A stretch of DNA of 64,000 nucleotides from Woeseiaceae bacterium (GTDB taxonomy: Bacteria > Pseudomonadota > Gammaproteobacteria > Steroidobacterales > Woeseiaceae), in the NCBI GenBank assembly GCA_045110335.1, contig JBGCGB010000005.1, forward strand, positions 9,603 to 73,602, written 5' to 3'. Below, piece by piece: positions 1 to 9,760 of this stretch. A program made the translations under genes and the position numbers. The notes under the pieces are model-generated. The model did no database searches. It was not told the origin of the DNA and saw nothing but the letters and a program-made list of their open reading frames with translations. Positions within the stretch are counted from its first letter, which is position 1; each line of letters starts with the position of its first letter.

Positions 1-110
1 CGCGTGATTTGGCCGAAACGCATGTTGTAGTTAATAAACGCATCGCGAAGCGTATGCGCTGCCTCGGCAACCAGAGCCGGTGAGACGCGGTTTGCCGAGG
101 CATTGCTCAT
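1..110 (-). CDS. aceK: Probable isocitrate dehydrogenase kinase/phosphatase, N-terminal fragment (runs off the window)
   Basis: A minus-strand ATG at 110, 16 nt downstream of the icd stop, opens a frame that is still open at position 1: MSNASANRVSPALVAEAAHTLRDAFINYNMRFGQITR. It resembles the AceK N-terminus as I recall it (E. coli [21 protein letters not shown]). Only 36 codons are visible. Confidence 0.45.
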   Translation of the reverse strand, partial: MSNASANRVSPALVAEAAHTLRDAFINYNMRFGQIT

Positions 111-126
111 TTTGAACCTACCGGTG

Positions 127-1428
127 TCATGACATCTTGCTGATCATGGCATCAGCGAATTCGCTGCACTTAACTTCTTTGGCGCCGTCCATTAGGCGTG
201 CGAAGTCGTAGGTCACCGTCTTATCGGCAATGGTCGCATCCATCGCATTGATGATGGTGTCAGCGGCTTCGGTCCAGCCCAGGTAGCGCAACATCATTTC
301 GCCGGACAAGATCAGCGAACCAGGATTCACCTTATCGAGGTTTGTGTACTTCGGTGCTGTGCCATGTGTCGCTTCGAAGACCGCGTGGCCGGTGTCATAA
401 TTGACATTACCGCCGGGCGCGATACCGATGCCACCGACTTGTGCGGCGAGTGCGTCGGATAGATAGTCGCCATTCAGGTTCATCGTTGCGAGCACGTCGA
501 ATTCCGCCGGACGGGTCAAGACTTGCTGCAGCGTGATGTCTGCAATGGCATCTTTTACGATGATCTTTCCATCCGCGATGGCTTTATCCTGCTCTGCGTT
601 TGCCGCGTCCGCGCCATGCTCTGCTTTGGTGCGGTCATACTGATCCCATGTATAGGTTTGATCGGCAAACTCGGTTTCAGCCAGTTCGTAGCCCCAATTG
701 CGGAATGCGCCTTCGGTGAACTTCATGATGTTGCCTTTGTGCACAAAGGTCACGCTCTTGCGCTTGTTGGCAATGGCGTATTCGATGGTCGCACGCACCA
801 GACGAGCGGTGCCTTCCTGGGAAATCGGTTTCAGCCCGATGCCGCTGCTGTTCGGGAAGCGGATCTTGCTGAATTCAGCGGGAAAGTTTTCTTTAAAGAG
901 CTCGATAAATTTGGCGTTGGCTTCGGAGCCTTGCTCAAATTCAATACCTGCATAAATGTCTTCCGTGTTCTCACGAAAAATCACCATATCGACTTCGCCC
1001 GGTTTGCGGACGGGGGATGGCACGCCCTGAAACCATCTGACGGGTCGCAAACAAACATAGAGATCAAGCATCTGCCGCAGTGCGACGTTCAGTGATCGGA
1101 TGCCACCGCCGATAGGTGTCGTCAAAGGCCCTTTGATCGAGACGAGATAGTCGCGGCACGCCTGGACAGTCGAGTCGGGTAGCCAGCTGTTGTAATTGTC
1201 GTTTGCTTTCTGGCCGGCAAAAATTTCGACCCATTCAATTTTACGTTTGCCGTCATAGCTCTTCTTAACCGCTTCGTCGAGAACGCGGACGGTGGCACGC
1301 CAAATGTCAGGCCCGGTTCCGTCACCTTCGATAAACGGCACGATCGGCCGGTCCGGCACGTTCAGTTTGCCGTTTGTGATGGTGATTTTTTCGCCATTAG
1401 CTGGCGGGGTGATCGTCGGTTCTGACAT
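127..1428 (-). CDS. icd: NADP-dependent isocitrate dehydrogenase
   Basis: 433-aa ORF with prokaryotic IDH motifs [33 protein letters not shown] and HGTAPKY. Ser112 in GGGIRS corresponds to the AceK target Ser113 of E. coli Icd. Confidence 0.95.
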   Translation of the reverse strand: MSEPTITPPANGEKITITNGKLNVPDRPIVPFIEGDGTGPDIWRATVRVLDEAVKKSYDGKRKIEWVEIFAGQKANDNYNSWLPDSTVQACRDYLVSIKGPLTTPIGGGIRSLNVALRQMLDLYVCLRPVRWFQGVPSPVRKPGEVDMVIFRENTEDIYAGIEFEQGSEANAKFIELFKENFPAEFSKIRFPNSSGIGLKPISQEGTARLVRATIEYAIANKRKSVTFVHKGNIMKFTEGAFRNWGYELAETEFADQTYTWDQYDRTKAEHGADAANAEQDKAIADGKIIVKDAIADITLQQVLTRPAEFDVLATMNLNGDYLSDALAAQVGGIGIAPGGNVNYDTGHAVFEATHGTAPKYTNLDKVNPGSLILSGEMMLRYLGWTEAADTIINAMDATIADKTVTYDFARLMDGAKEVKCSEFADAMISKMS

Positions 1429-1528
1429 GTTGTGCTCCAGATGTTGAGTAAGCCGACTCCCAGAAGTCGGGCGATCCGCCGATTATCCGTCATCTCTGCG
1501 GTCGGCGCCAATGCGTTAGCTGGTTATA

Positions 1529-3790
1529 ATGGTGGGCATGCGTATTTGGCTGCCCGCAATTCGAATCCTGTTAGTGGCTACGTGGCTGATTCTTGGCGTT
1601 TCGGTGGTGCATGCAGCGGATGTTGAACCGGTGGGCGATGCGGAACGCCCCCGAATTGCGCTGGTGTTGTCTGGTGGTGGTGCGCGCGGCGCGGCGCATG
1701 TCGGCGTCATTCGCCGGCTTGAAGAGCTTCGTGTGCCCGTGGATTGGGTCGTCGGCACGAGTATGGGCGCTGTCGTTGGCGGGCTGTATGCCAGTGGCTT
1801 GAATGCCGATGAGCTCGAACAGGTCATTCGTGATATCGACTGGTTGGACGCATTCAATGATTCGCCGCCGAGAACGGATCTGACGTATCGCCGGAAACGT
1901 GATGATGATGACTTTCTCGTGAATTTTGAATTGGGCGTTCGTGACGGCAAGGTCCGGCTGCCGAAAGGCTTGATACAGGCGCAAAAGCTGGCGCTTTATC
2001 TACGAGAATTCTCATTGGCCGCTTCGTCGACGAAAGACTTCGATAATTTACCAACGCCTTTCCGGGCGGTCGCTGCCGATATTGTCACCGGGGAGACAGT
2101 CGTGCTCGCAGACGGCGATCTCGCCTTGGCGATGCGGGCGAGTATGTCTGCGCCGGGCGTGTTCGCGCCTGCCGTGGTTCAAGGGAGAACACTCGTTGAC
2201 GGCGGGATCGCGATGAATTTGCCCGTTGAAGTCGCCAAAGAATTGGGTGCCGACATTGTCATCGCCGTCGACGTCGGCTTCCCGTTGCTACCGGCAGTTG
2301 ACATCGACTCGGCAGTCGCCGTTTCAAACCAGATGCTCACCATTTTGATTGAGCGAGAAACCCGTGAGCAGCGGCGCTTGCTGGATGCTGATGACTTACT
2401 AATTCAACCCGCATTGGACCTGCTGGGTTCAACAGATTTCCTGAAAGCGCTGGATGCGATTGATATCGGTTACGAGAGCGCCGTTTCTGCGACGCCTGGC
2501 CTGACTCGATACAGCCTAACGCCAGAGGCTTTTGCACGATACGCCGAACGTCGTGAGCGGGTTGCCAATCCGCAGATGTTTCCTGCCTTTGTCGATATTC
2601 GAACCGATGCGGGCATTTCGCCGCGCGTTATCGCATCACGAATCCAGACGCAGGCTGGAGACGCATTGTCTACCGCACAATTGCGTCAGGATCTCGCCCG
2701 CATTTACGGGTTGGGGTTGTTCGAGCAGGTGGATTACTCACTGGTTGACGCGGATGGCGTACAAGGCTTGGAAATTAACGCGCGCGCCAAATCCTGGGGG
2801 CCAGGATTCATGCGTTTCGGTATTTCCTTTGAAGAAGACTTCGAAGGCTCCGGAGCGTTTGGGGTGTCAGCGCGATATTTGCGAACGGCGGTCAATCGGC
2901 TAGGTGCCGAGTGGCGAACGAGCCTGGACTTTGGCACCAATACCCGTTTGCAGACCGAGTTCTATCAACCGCTTAGTTTTAATCTCAAATATTTCGTGGC
3001 GCCGATATTCGAATTCGAGCAACGAAACGCCAATCTTATTGCTGATGCGGATCCACTAGCACGATATCGGATCACGTTAGCCGAAGCCGGTTTGTTTGTC
3101 GGGCGCGAAATCGGTAACTGGGCCGATGTGCGCGCGGGTATCTATCGGGCCGGCGGAGACGCTAAAGTTCGAGTCGGCGATCCATCACTTGAGCGTTTTG
3201 ATATTGATCTGGGCGGGTGGCGTACCTCGTTGGGTTTCGACACGCTCGACGATACGATTTTTCCGTCGACCGGTTCACGCTATGAACTCGAGATGGACTG
3301 GGCACGGGAAAGCCTCGGCGCCGAACGTAACTATGCGACGTTGCGATCTTCCTATGCCGGTTACAAAACATGGGGACGCCATACCTGGTCATTCGGCCTT
3401 GATATTGCCACGGCGAATGATGCTGAGGATGTCGTCGCTGCCGCGTATCCGTTGGGCGGGTTCCTGAACTTGTCGGGTCTTGATCGTGGCGCGATTGCAG
3501 CGCCGCATGCAGCGCTAACGCGTTTGGTCTATCAAAGAAGGACCGGTCGCACGGGCGGTGGATTGTTTGAATGGCCGTTGTACTTCGGGGCTTCGCTTGA
3601 AGCAGGCAATGTCTGGACAGACCGGGAAGACGCGCGTTTTGATGACCTCATCTTCAATGGAAGCCTGTTCGTCCGGTTCGATACCTTTCTCGGGCCGCTC
3701 TATCTGGCCAGCGGTTTTGCAGAAGATGGAGAGAGCAGTCTCTACCTGTTCCTCGGGTCGCCAACCAATGTTAGCGGTGTCCGGCGCTAG
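1529..3790 (+). CDS. Patatin-like phospholipase fused to an Omp85/BamA-type beta-barrel (PlpD-like, type Vd secretion architecture)
   Basis: Signal peptide, then the patatin oxyanion/nucleophile motifs LSGGGARGAAHVG and GTSMGA and a DGG motif. The C-terminal ~450 aa are rich in alternating aromatic beta-strands typical of surface-antigen (D15) barrels. The start could be 1529 or 1538. Confidence 0.85.
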   Translation: MVGMRIWLPAIRILLVATWLILGVSVVHAADVEPVGDAERPRIALVLSGGGARGAAHVGVIRRLEELRVPVDWVVGTSMGAVVGGLYASGLNADELEQVIRDIDWLDAFNDSPPRTDLTYRRKRDDDDFLVNFELGVRDGKVRLPKGLIQAQKLALYLREFSLAASSTKDFDNLPTPFRAVAADIVTGETVVLADGDLALAMRASMSAPGVFAPAVVQGRTLVDGGIAMNLPVEVAKELGADIVIAVDVGFPLLPAVDIDSAVAVSNQMLTILIERETREQRRLLDADDLLIQPALDLLGSTDFLKALDAIDIGYESAVSATPGLTRYSLTPEAFARYAERRERVANPQMFPAFVDIRTDAGISPRVIASRIQTQAGDALSTAQLRQDLARIYGLGLFEQVDYSLVDADGVQGLEINARAKSWGPGFMRFGISFEEDFEGSGAFGVSARYLRTAVNRLGAEWRTSLDFGTNTRLQTEFYQPLSFNLKYFVAPIFEFEQRNANLIADADPLARYRITLAEAGLFVGREIGNWADVRAGIYRAGGDAKVRVGDPSLERFDIDLGGWRTSLGFDTLDDTIFPSTGSRYELEMDWARESLGAERNYATLRSSYAGYKTWGRHTWSFGLDIATANDAEDVVAAAYPLGGFLNLSGLDRGAIAAPHAALTRLVYQRRTGRTGGGLFEWPLYFGASLEAGNVWTDREDARFDDLIFNGSLFVRFDTFLGPLYLASGFAEDGESSLYLFLGSPTNVSGVRR

Positions 3791-3796
3791 TAGGTT

Positions 3797-4048
3797 TCAG
3801 TCTGCCTGGATTTTGGTCAAAATCTGGCTAGGATCATCGCCGATACGGTAAAACCCGTGGCGTTTGTTCATCGCGTCAAACGCCTCGTCCCGGTCCAATT
3901 CGGTGCGAAACCAGTGATCTCTTTGCCAATCATTGCCGATCAAGCGATTGATGGGGTCGCTGGCGGGCACCGTGACCCGAATGCCCCACGGCGTCTCGTC
4001 ATTGATCTTGCTGGCGTCCACCAGATTGTGGCTGTGGCAGTGGTGCAT
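3797..4048 (-). CDS. Small hypothetical protein with a His/Cys-rich N-terminus (MHHCHSH)
   Basis: 83-aa ORF alone in the 438-bp gap between plpD-like and rpsF. Its composition is balanced rather than the Arg/Ala/Ser-rich pattern of antisense artefacts. I recognise no family. Confidence 0.4.
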   Translation of the reverse strand: MHHCHSHNLVDASKINDETPWGIRVTVPASDPINRLIGNDWQRDHWFRTELDRDEAFDAMNKRHGFYRIGDDPSQILTKIQAD

Positions 4049-4111
4049 CGTTCGTTTCCAGATAGGCTAAATTGCGACAGACAATGATACACCTTTTGCG
4101 AGGTTATTTGG

Positions 4112-4140
4112 TTGCCCGGCCGAGCCGCCGTCTGTATACT
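4112..4140 (+). promoter_or_regulatory. Candidate sigma70 promoter of the rpsF operon
   Basis: TTGCCC (4112-4117), a 17-nt spacer, then TATACT (4135-4140), about 90 nt upstream of the rpsF start. The leader contains a small hairpin, ccgct-gtaaaa-agcgg. Confidence 0.35.
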
Positions 4141-4228
4141 TCGCGTCCGCTGTAAAAAGCGGGAAAAACAATTTGTTATCTCCTTGCCGCACCGATTTCC
4201 GGGTGGCAATCACCGAAAGGAGCGTCTC

Positions 4229-4708
4229 TTGAGACACTATGAAGTCGTGTTTCTGGTCCACCCTGACCAGAGCGAGCAAGTACCTGGCATGCTCGAACGT
4301 TACCAGAACCAAATTACCCAATCCGGCGGTGTGATCCATCGTCAGGAAGACTGGGGCCGTCGCCAGTTGGCGCATTCCATCAATAAAGTCCACAAAGCGC
4401 ATTATCTGTTGATGAATGTCGAAGCCGGACCGGAAGCGATGGAAGAGTTACGGGGCGCATTCAAGTTCAATGATGCTGTCCTTCGTCACTTGATCATGAA
4501 AACTGACAGTGCTGAAACCGAAGCGTCACCGATGGCAAAAGCCGTTGAAGACGAGAAGGCGAAAGAGCGCGAATCTGCTAAACGTCGTGAAGCGAAAGCC
4601 GCTGCAGAAGCGCGAGCGCGCGACGCAGAAGACGAAGCGCCAGCACCAGCACCGACTGAAGAAGCTGCCGAAAGCAGCGATACAGATAGCGAAGGGGAAA
4701 GCGAATGA
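4229..4708 (+). CDS. rpsF: 30S ribosomal protein S6
   Basis: (M)[20 protein letters not shown] is the canonical S6 N-terminus. I place the start at the in-frame TTG at 4229, preceded by AAAGGAG; the longer track ORF from 4112 is upstream read-through. The protein has a long Lys/Ala/Glu-rich acidic C-terminal tail. Confidence 0.93.
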   Translation: MRHYEVVFLVHPDQSEQVPGMLERYQNQITQSGGVIHRQEDWGRRQLAHSINKVHKAHYLLMNVEAGPEAMEELRGAFKFNDAVLRHLIMKTDSAETEASPMAKAVEDEKAKERESAKRREAKAAAEARARDAEDEAPAPAPTEEAAESSDTDSEGESE

Positions 4709-4929
4709 GCCGTCACTCACGCAGACGTAAGTTTTGTCGTTTCACCGCTGAAGGCATCAAACAGATCGATTACAAAGATCTGAACTTGCTGAAAGCGTAT
4801 GTCACCGAAACCGGAAAGATCGTACCGAGCCGCATCACAGGCACCAAAGCACGCTATCAGCGTCAGTTGGCAACCGCAGTGAAGCGTGCACGTTACCTGG
4901 CCTTGTTGCCGTATACCGATCAACACTAG
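4705..4929 (+). CDS. rpsR: 30S ribosomal protein S18
   Basis: [42 protein letters not shown] is canonical S18. Its ATG overlaps the rpsF stop (ATGA). Confidence 0.95.
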   Translation: MSRHSRRRKFCRFTAEGIKQIDYKDLNLLKAYVTETGKIVPSRITGTKARYQRQLATAVKRARYLALLPYTDQH

Positions 4930-4976
4930 TGTTTTGTAGGCAGTCCGCCTGACTGGGCGGGCTGCCGATCGATATC

Positions 4977-5888
4977 ATGAACGACTATGCGCGATGGCTG
5001 ATGCAGTCACGATTCCGGCAATTCACGATGATGCTGGTGTTTGTGATCCTGTTTCCGCCAATTGCAGCGGCAATCTCAGTCGCTGGTACGCTAGCGGTAG
5101 GGCCGGTACTGATGCTTCCGGTGGTCGCCGGTGTCGTGGCGGCGTTAGCGTTGATTGGCACGGTCTCTCAAGGCTTCGATGTTGTGCAAGGCTCTATCTT
5201 GCTAAACGTCCTGTTTTTTGGCGGGTCGGTCGGAGTGGCGGCACTATTGGCCAAAACGCGATCATTGAGCTTTACGCTTCAATTGATGGCGTTGGCGATG
5301 GTGGCGGCGTTATTGGTCGGCACTTTGATGATCGGCGATTTAGTCAGTTTTTGGCGGCCGGTTATCGAGGATGCATTGCAAATGCTGACGCAAACAGGCG
5401 CCGTTGTGGCGGAGGTTAGCGGGGAGCAACGTGAGGCGCTGATCGTACAATTCGCGCAGATCGCGACGGCAGTGGTTGGGGCCTCTTTCTGGTATTGCGC
5501 AGCCATCGCATTGGTGGTCGGGCATTGGATATGGTCACAGTCACCATCGGCGACAGCGAGTTTCGGCCGGTTTCGGGATATCAATCTTGGCCGAACGATT
5601 GCTACGGTTATGTTGGTAACGGCAATCTTGAGTGCGCTACTGCCGGTCACGGTATTGGGAAACGTCGCACTGGCATTGATGCTGGTGTTTGGGTTTCAGG
5701 GCATCGCCATCGTGCATTGGCAGGCCGCAGAGCGGCAATGGAACGGTGGTTTGCTGGTTTTGTTTTACGGTTTGTTGGTCATGCCAACGCCGTTGCAGCC
5801 GCTACTGGTCGGGGTCGTTTGCGTCGCCGGTTATGTAGACGCTTGGTTTAATTTGTTGCGTACCAAACCGTCGGGGGCGGTGCGTTAG
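4977..5888 (+). CDS. Polytopic inner-membrane protein (DUF2232/YybS-like by position and topology)
   Basis: 303 aa with 7-8 hydrophobic segments, located between rpsR and rplI on the same strand. From memory, the same slot holds a membrane protein in Pseudomonas. Confidence 0.7.
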   Translation: MNDYARWLMQSRFRQFTMMLVFVILFPPIAAAISVAGTLAVGPVLMLPVVAGVVAALALIGTVSQGFDVVQGSILLNVLFFGGSVGVAALLAKTRSLSFTLQLMALAMVAALLVGTLMIGDLVSFWRPVIEDALQMLTQTGAVVAEVSGEQREALIVQFAQIATAVVGASFWYCAAIALVVGHWIWSQSPSATASFGRFRDINLGRTIATVMLVTAILSALLPVTVLGNVALALMLVFGFQGIAIVHWQAAERQWNGGLLVLFYGLLVMPTPLQPLLVGVVCVAGYVDAWFNLLRTKPSGAVR

Positions 5889-5920
5889 AAAAATCGCTCG
5901 TGAGAGCAGAGGGAAACGTT

Positions 5921-6376
5921 ATGGACGTTATTTTGTTGGAAAAAGTAGAGAATCTGGGCAGCATCGGCGACAAAGTCAGTGTTAAGTCAGGTTATGGGCG
6001 TAACTTCTTATTACCGCAGGGTAAAGCCTCGCTGGCAACCGCGAAAAACTTGGCGGAATTTGAAGCCCGTCGTGCTGAATTAGAAGCGAAGGCTGCAGAG
6101 TCTTTGGCAGCAGCCAAAAAACGCGCTGAGTCGCTGACAGGCGCTCGCGTCGAGATCAAAGCGTTGGCCGGTTCAGAAGGCAAACTCTTCGGATCGATCG
6201 GTACCATTGACATTGCGCAAGCGTTTGTTGATGCCGGTATGCCCATTGAGCGTGCCGAAATCCGATTGACCGACGAAGGCGCATTCCGCGAAGTTGGCGA
6301 ATACGAAATTGGCTTACATTTGCACGCAGAAGTTGATGTTGAAGCAACCGTAGCGGTTGTTGCTGACGAAGGCTGA
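5921..6376 (+). CDS. rplI: 50S ribosomal protein L9
   Basis: [36 protein letters not shown] is the canonical L9 N-terminus. ATG at 5921 is preceded by GAGGGAAA. Confidence 0.95.
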   Translation: MDVILLEKVENLGSIGDKVSVKSGYGRNFLLPQGKASLATAKNLAEFEARRAELEAKAAESLAAAKKRAESLTGARVEIKALAGSEGKLFGSIGTIDIAQAFVDAGMPIERAEIRLTDEGAFREVGEYEIGLHLHAEVDVEATVAVVADEG

Positions 6377-6397
6377 TCGAACGCGCTATGATCAAGC

Positions 6398-7786
6398 ATG
6401 GTTAGCGCATTGGAAATGAGTGAGCAGGCGGAGCAAACGCTTCGTGTGCCGCCGCACTCCGTTGAGGCAGAGCAGTCCCTTCTGGGCGGCCTCATGCTCG
6501 ACAACAATGCGTGGGATCGTGTGGCCGATGTCCTGTCAGCCGAAGATTTCTATCGGGTTGATCATCAGCTGATCTTCGCGGCGATCGGGGCCTTGGCGCA
6601 ACAACGCCAACCTTGTGATGTCGTCACGCTTTCGGAGCATCTTGATCAGCGGGATGAGCTAACCCAGGCCGGCGGTTTGGGCTATTTGGCAACACTCGCC
6701 AATGAAACGCCTTCGGCTGCAAACGTTTTGGCTTATGCCAAGATCTTGCGGGAGCGTTCCATCCTTAGGTCGCTAATCGCTGCAGGTAACGAAATTGCCG
6801 GCAGTGCGTTTGCAACAGAAGGTCGGGAGGCGAGCGAGTTACTGGATGAGGCTGAGCGAAAAGTCTTCGAAATCGCCGAGAAGGGTAATAAGCGGGGCGG
6901 TTTCCAGCCACTCGCCAGTATCCTCCCGGAGACCATCGACAGAATCGAGAAACTCCAAGAGTCTGGCGGGGAAATAACCGGAATATCAACGGGTTATACC
7001 GAGTTCGATAAGATGACTGCAGGTTTGCAGCCCGGTGATCTAGTCATCGTTGCTGGCCGTCCTTCGATGGGCAAAACCACATTGGCCGTTAACATTGCCG
7101 AGAATGCGGCGATCGGCAGTCAACAGCCAACCGCGATTTACAGCATGGAAATGGGCGCGGAGCAGCTCGCCTTCCGGATGATTTCGTCGCTGGGTCGTGT
7201 CGATCAGACCAACTTACGTATCGGCAAATTTTCTGATGACGACTGGGCACGTATCAACACCGCGGTGCAGTTGATGTCGGAGGCGCCTATCTTCATCGAT
7301 GACACGCCGGCGTTGTCGCCAACTGAAGTTCGTGCGCGGGCGCGTCGGTTGAAGCGTGAACATGGGCTTGGCTTGATTGTTATCGATTACTTGCAGTTGA
7401 TGCAGGTCCCCGGCAACAAGGAAAACAGAACGGCAGAGATTTCGGAAATCTCCCGTTCGTTGAAGGCGCTGGCCAAAGAACTGCATTGCCCGGTCATTGC
7501 TTTGTCGCAGCTCAATCGCGGTGTCGAGCAGCGAACCGACAAGAAGCCTGTGATGTCGGACTTGCGAGAATCCGGTGCGATCGAGCAGGACGCCGACTTG
7601 ATTTGCTTCATTTATCGGGAAGAGGTTTACGAACCCGATACCCCTAGGAAAGGCGTTGCCGATATCATTATCTCCAAGCAACGTAACGGTCCGATCGGAG
7701 AATTTCCGCTCACCTTCGTTGGCAAGTACACGAAATTCGAGAACTGGGTGCCCGATACCTATGGGCAAGACGCCGGTCCTTTCTAG
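6398..7786 (+). CDS. dnaB: Replicative DNA helicase DnaB
   Basis: PPHSVEAEQSLLGGLM N-terminal motif, Walker A GRPSMGKTT, IDYLQLM, and SQLNRGVEQR. Confidence 0.95.
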   Translation: MVSALEMSEQAEQTLRVPPHSVEAEQSLLGGLMLDNNAWDRVADVLSAEDFYRVDHQLIFAAIGALAQQRQPCDVVTLSEHLDQRDELTQAGGLGYLATLANETPSAANVLAYAKILRERSILRSLIAAGNEIAGSAFATEGREASELLDEAERKVFEIAEKGNKRGGFQPLASILPETIDRIEKLQESGGEITGISTGYTEFDKMTAGLQPGDLVIVAGRPSMGKTTLAVNIAENAAIGSQQPTAIYSMEMGAEQLAFRMISSLGRVDQTNLRIGKFSDDDWARINTAVQLMSEAPIFIDDTPALSPTEVRARARRLKREHGLGLIVIDYLQLMQVPGNKENRTAEISEISRSLKALAKELHCPVIALSQLNRGVEQRTDKKPVMSDLRESGAIEQDADLICFIYREEVYEPDTPRKGVADIIISKQRNGPIGEFPLTFVGKYTKFENWVPDTYGQDAGPF

Positions 7787-7793
7787 TCGCTAG

Positions 7794-8891
7794 ATGCGTT
7801 TTTCCGCCAGTGCAAACTTAAGCGTTACCGCGCTATCCCAAAATCTAGAAACGATTCGCAGGCGTCAACCCGGAAAGCGGGTCATGGCGATGGTCAAAGC
7901 CAATGCCTACGGGCATGGTCTTGTGGAAATCGCTCAAGCACTGAATGATGTGGATAGTCTCGCGGTCGCGAGGACAGAAGAGGCGCGGATGCTTCGGGAT
8001 GCCGGTATCCAACGGCCAATCGTGTTGCTGGAGGGCATATTCGATGCGGACGGTTTGATCGAGGCCAGTGAGCTGGCTTGCGAAATGGTCGTACATTGCG
8101 ATGAGCAGATAGACTTACTGTGCCAGGCACCTGCCAATGCCGCATTCATCGTTTGGCTGAAGCTCGATTCCGGCATGAACCGCCTCGGCTTCCCGATTGA
8201 ACGGTTCGAGTCGCTACAGGATTCCTTACGCCGTTTGTCATCGGTCGTCGAACTTCGCTTGATGACGCACTATGCGTCGGCGGACGAATCTGATGCTCAT
8301 ACGCTTCGCCAACAAATCGAGAAGATGGCACCTGTGCTTGAAGCGTTCGATGGTGAGATCAGTCTCGCTAATTCGCCGGCATTGATGCGCGATGATGTCG
8401 ACGGCGTGGCGGCCGGACAGGGCAAGCATGTGACATGGGTTCGGCCAGGTATCTCGCTCTATGGCTTATCCCCGTTCGACAACCTAAGTGCAGCGGATCT
8501 CGGCTTGCGACCGGTGATGAACTTCGAAACAAGACTGATCGCGACGAAAGCGTTGGCGCCCGGAGATCGGGTAGGTTACGGCGGTCGTTTTATCGCAACA
8601 GCGGCGATGCGTATTGGGATTGCGGCGGCCGGCTATGGTGATGGCTATCCCCGCATGTTGCCGGATGGCACGCCGATTATGGTTGATGGTATCGCGTGCC
8701 AGCTTGTTGGCCGCGTCTCGATGGATATGCTGGCGATTGATCTGACACCAGTTGCGGACGCGGCAGTGGGTAGCCACGTTCAAATGTGGGGAGATCAGTT
8801 ACCTGCGGAGACCATTGCGAAAGCCTTGGGTACGATCGGTTATGAATTGGTGACCAGAGTTGCCGACCGCGTGCATCGAGTGATTCGATAG
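7794..8891 (+). CDS. alr: Alanine racemase
   Basis: PLP-lysine motif VKANAYGHG, and C-terminal VSMDM and GTIGYE motifs. dnaB-alr synteny. Confidence 0.92.
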   Translation: MRFSASANLSVTALSQNLETIRRRQPGKRVMAMVKANAYGHGLVEIAQALNDVDSLAVARTEEARMLRDAGIQRPIVLLEGIFDADGLIEASELACEMVVHCDEQIDLLCQAPANAAFIVWLKLDSGMNRLGFPIERFESLQDSLRRLSSVVELRLMTHYASADESDAHTLRQQIEKMAPVLEAFDGEISLANSPALMRDDVDGVAAGQGKHVTWVRPGISLYGLSPFDNLSAADLGLRPVMNFETRLIATKALAPGDRVGYGGRFIATAAMRIGIAAAGYGDGYPRMLPDGTPIMVDGIACQLVGRVSMDMLAIDLTPVADAAVGSHVQMWGDQLPAETIAKALGTIGYELVTRVADRVHRVIR

Positions 8892-8924
8892 ACCCGCTGC
8901 CTTTGGTCGGCTTCTCAAAATGAC

Positions 8925-8945
8925 GACCGGCCGTTATAGCCGGTC
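8925..8945. terminator. Hairpin between convergent alr and the FHA gene
   Basis: GACCGGC-cgttata-GCCGGTC, a perfect 7-bp stem with no clear U-tract. Confidence 0.3.
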
Positions 8946-8953
8946 CTCACGCA

Positions 8954-9688
8954 TCAGGTCAGATAGAATCCCATCTTGACGCCAGCCAGCTCAACGATAT
9001 CGTTGTCTGAGAGTTTTCTCGCCTGACCGGTTAGTGCTTCGCCGTTAACCGCAGGGGAGTCGCCTTCCTTGCCGCTTTCGACGTGGACGATGAAGAAACC
9101 CTCAGAGCGTCGCGTGATTGCTGCAACCTGAATGCCAGGGCGTCCCAGCGTGGTCAGCGCCTTGCTCAGCTCCAATTCACGACCGGCAAAGTTACCGGAC
9201 AAGACCTGTAGCTTCGCGGTTGGCAGCGCCGTAGGTTTCTCCATAATGGCCGACGTTTCCGTCGCTTTGGTGCTGGAGTGATCCTCATCGTTAGATGATT
9301 TTTCCAGAGCCTCGGCAGCCGCTTTGATCTTTTCCGGATCCGGACGTGTCTGCGAGATCACCATGGTTGCTTCGAACTCTTCCTGCTCCGGATCTGCCGA
9401 TTGGGCGTCAACATAGCGCAGTTGATGATGACCAATGGTGATGGTGTCACCATGCTGCAACGCATGTTTCTTAATCAGTTTACCCGCGACATAGGTGCCG
9501 TTGGTGCTGTTGAGATCTTCGAGGAAGGAATCGTTCAGAATATTGATGATCAGACAGTGGTGACCACTGACTGATGGATTGTCGATGCGGACATCGTTAT
9601 CCGGCAAGCGCCCGATTGTGTAACGCTCTTTCGTCATATTGTACTCTGCGAGTACCTGATCACCCAGGCTTAGTACCAGCCGTGCCAT
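8954..9688 (-). CDS. FHA domain protein (canonical N-terminal FHA plus degenerate C-terminal FHA-like domain)
   Basis: N-terminal IGRLPDNDVRIDNPSVSGHHCLI...DLNSTNGTYV gives the GR...S..H...NG FHA signature. The C-terminal ~90 aa (LGRPG...AVNGEAL...IVELAG) are FHA-like but lack the S..H motif. An acidic Ser/Thr-rich linker joins the two. Confidence 0.85.
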   Translation of the reverse strand: MARLVLSLGDQVLAEYNMTKERYTIGRLPDNDVRIDNPSVSGHHCLIINILNDSFLEDLNSTNGTYVAGKLIKKHALQHGDTITIGHHQLRYVDAQSADPEQEEFEATMVISQTRPDPEKIKAAAEALEKSSNDEDHSSTKATETSAIMEKPTALPTAKLQVLSGNFAGRELELSKALTTLGRPGIQVAAITRRSEGFFIVHVESGKEGDSPAVNGEALTGQARKLSDNDIVELAGVKMGFYLT

Positions 9689-9760
9689 AGTCTTATCACT
9701 TCTTTAAATTGAAAATCATGAGTGCTCGATATCATTCCGGGCACTACCCCAATACTTCTT

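Noticed and set aside
523-1095. Long ORFs antisense to strongly recognisable genes. Examples are 523-1095 (+), 1516-1950 (-), 5992-6507 (-), 7214-7768 (-), 16396-16965 (-), 27463-28041 (+), 28533-29066 (+), 30154-30756 (-), 30766-31311 (-), 31268-31810 (-), 38173-38673 (+), 40609-41325 (-), 58288-58974 (-) and 62023-62529 (+).
   Set aside because: Each lies entirely inside a gene on the opposite strand that has unambiguous family motifs. Their translations are Arg/Ser/Ala/Pro-rich with no motifs, as expected for antisense frames in GC-moderate DNA.
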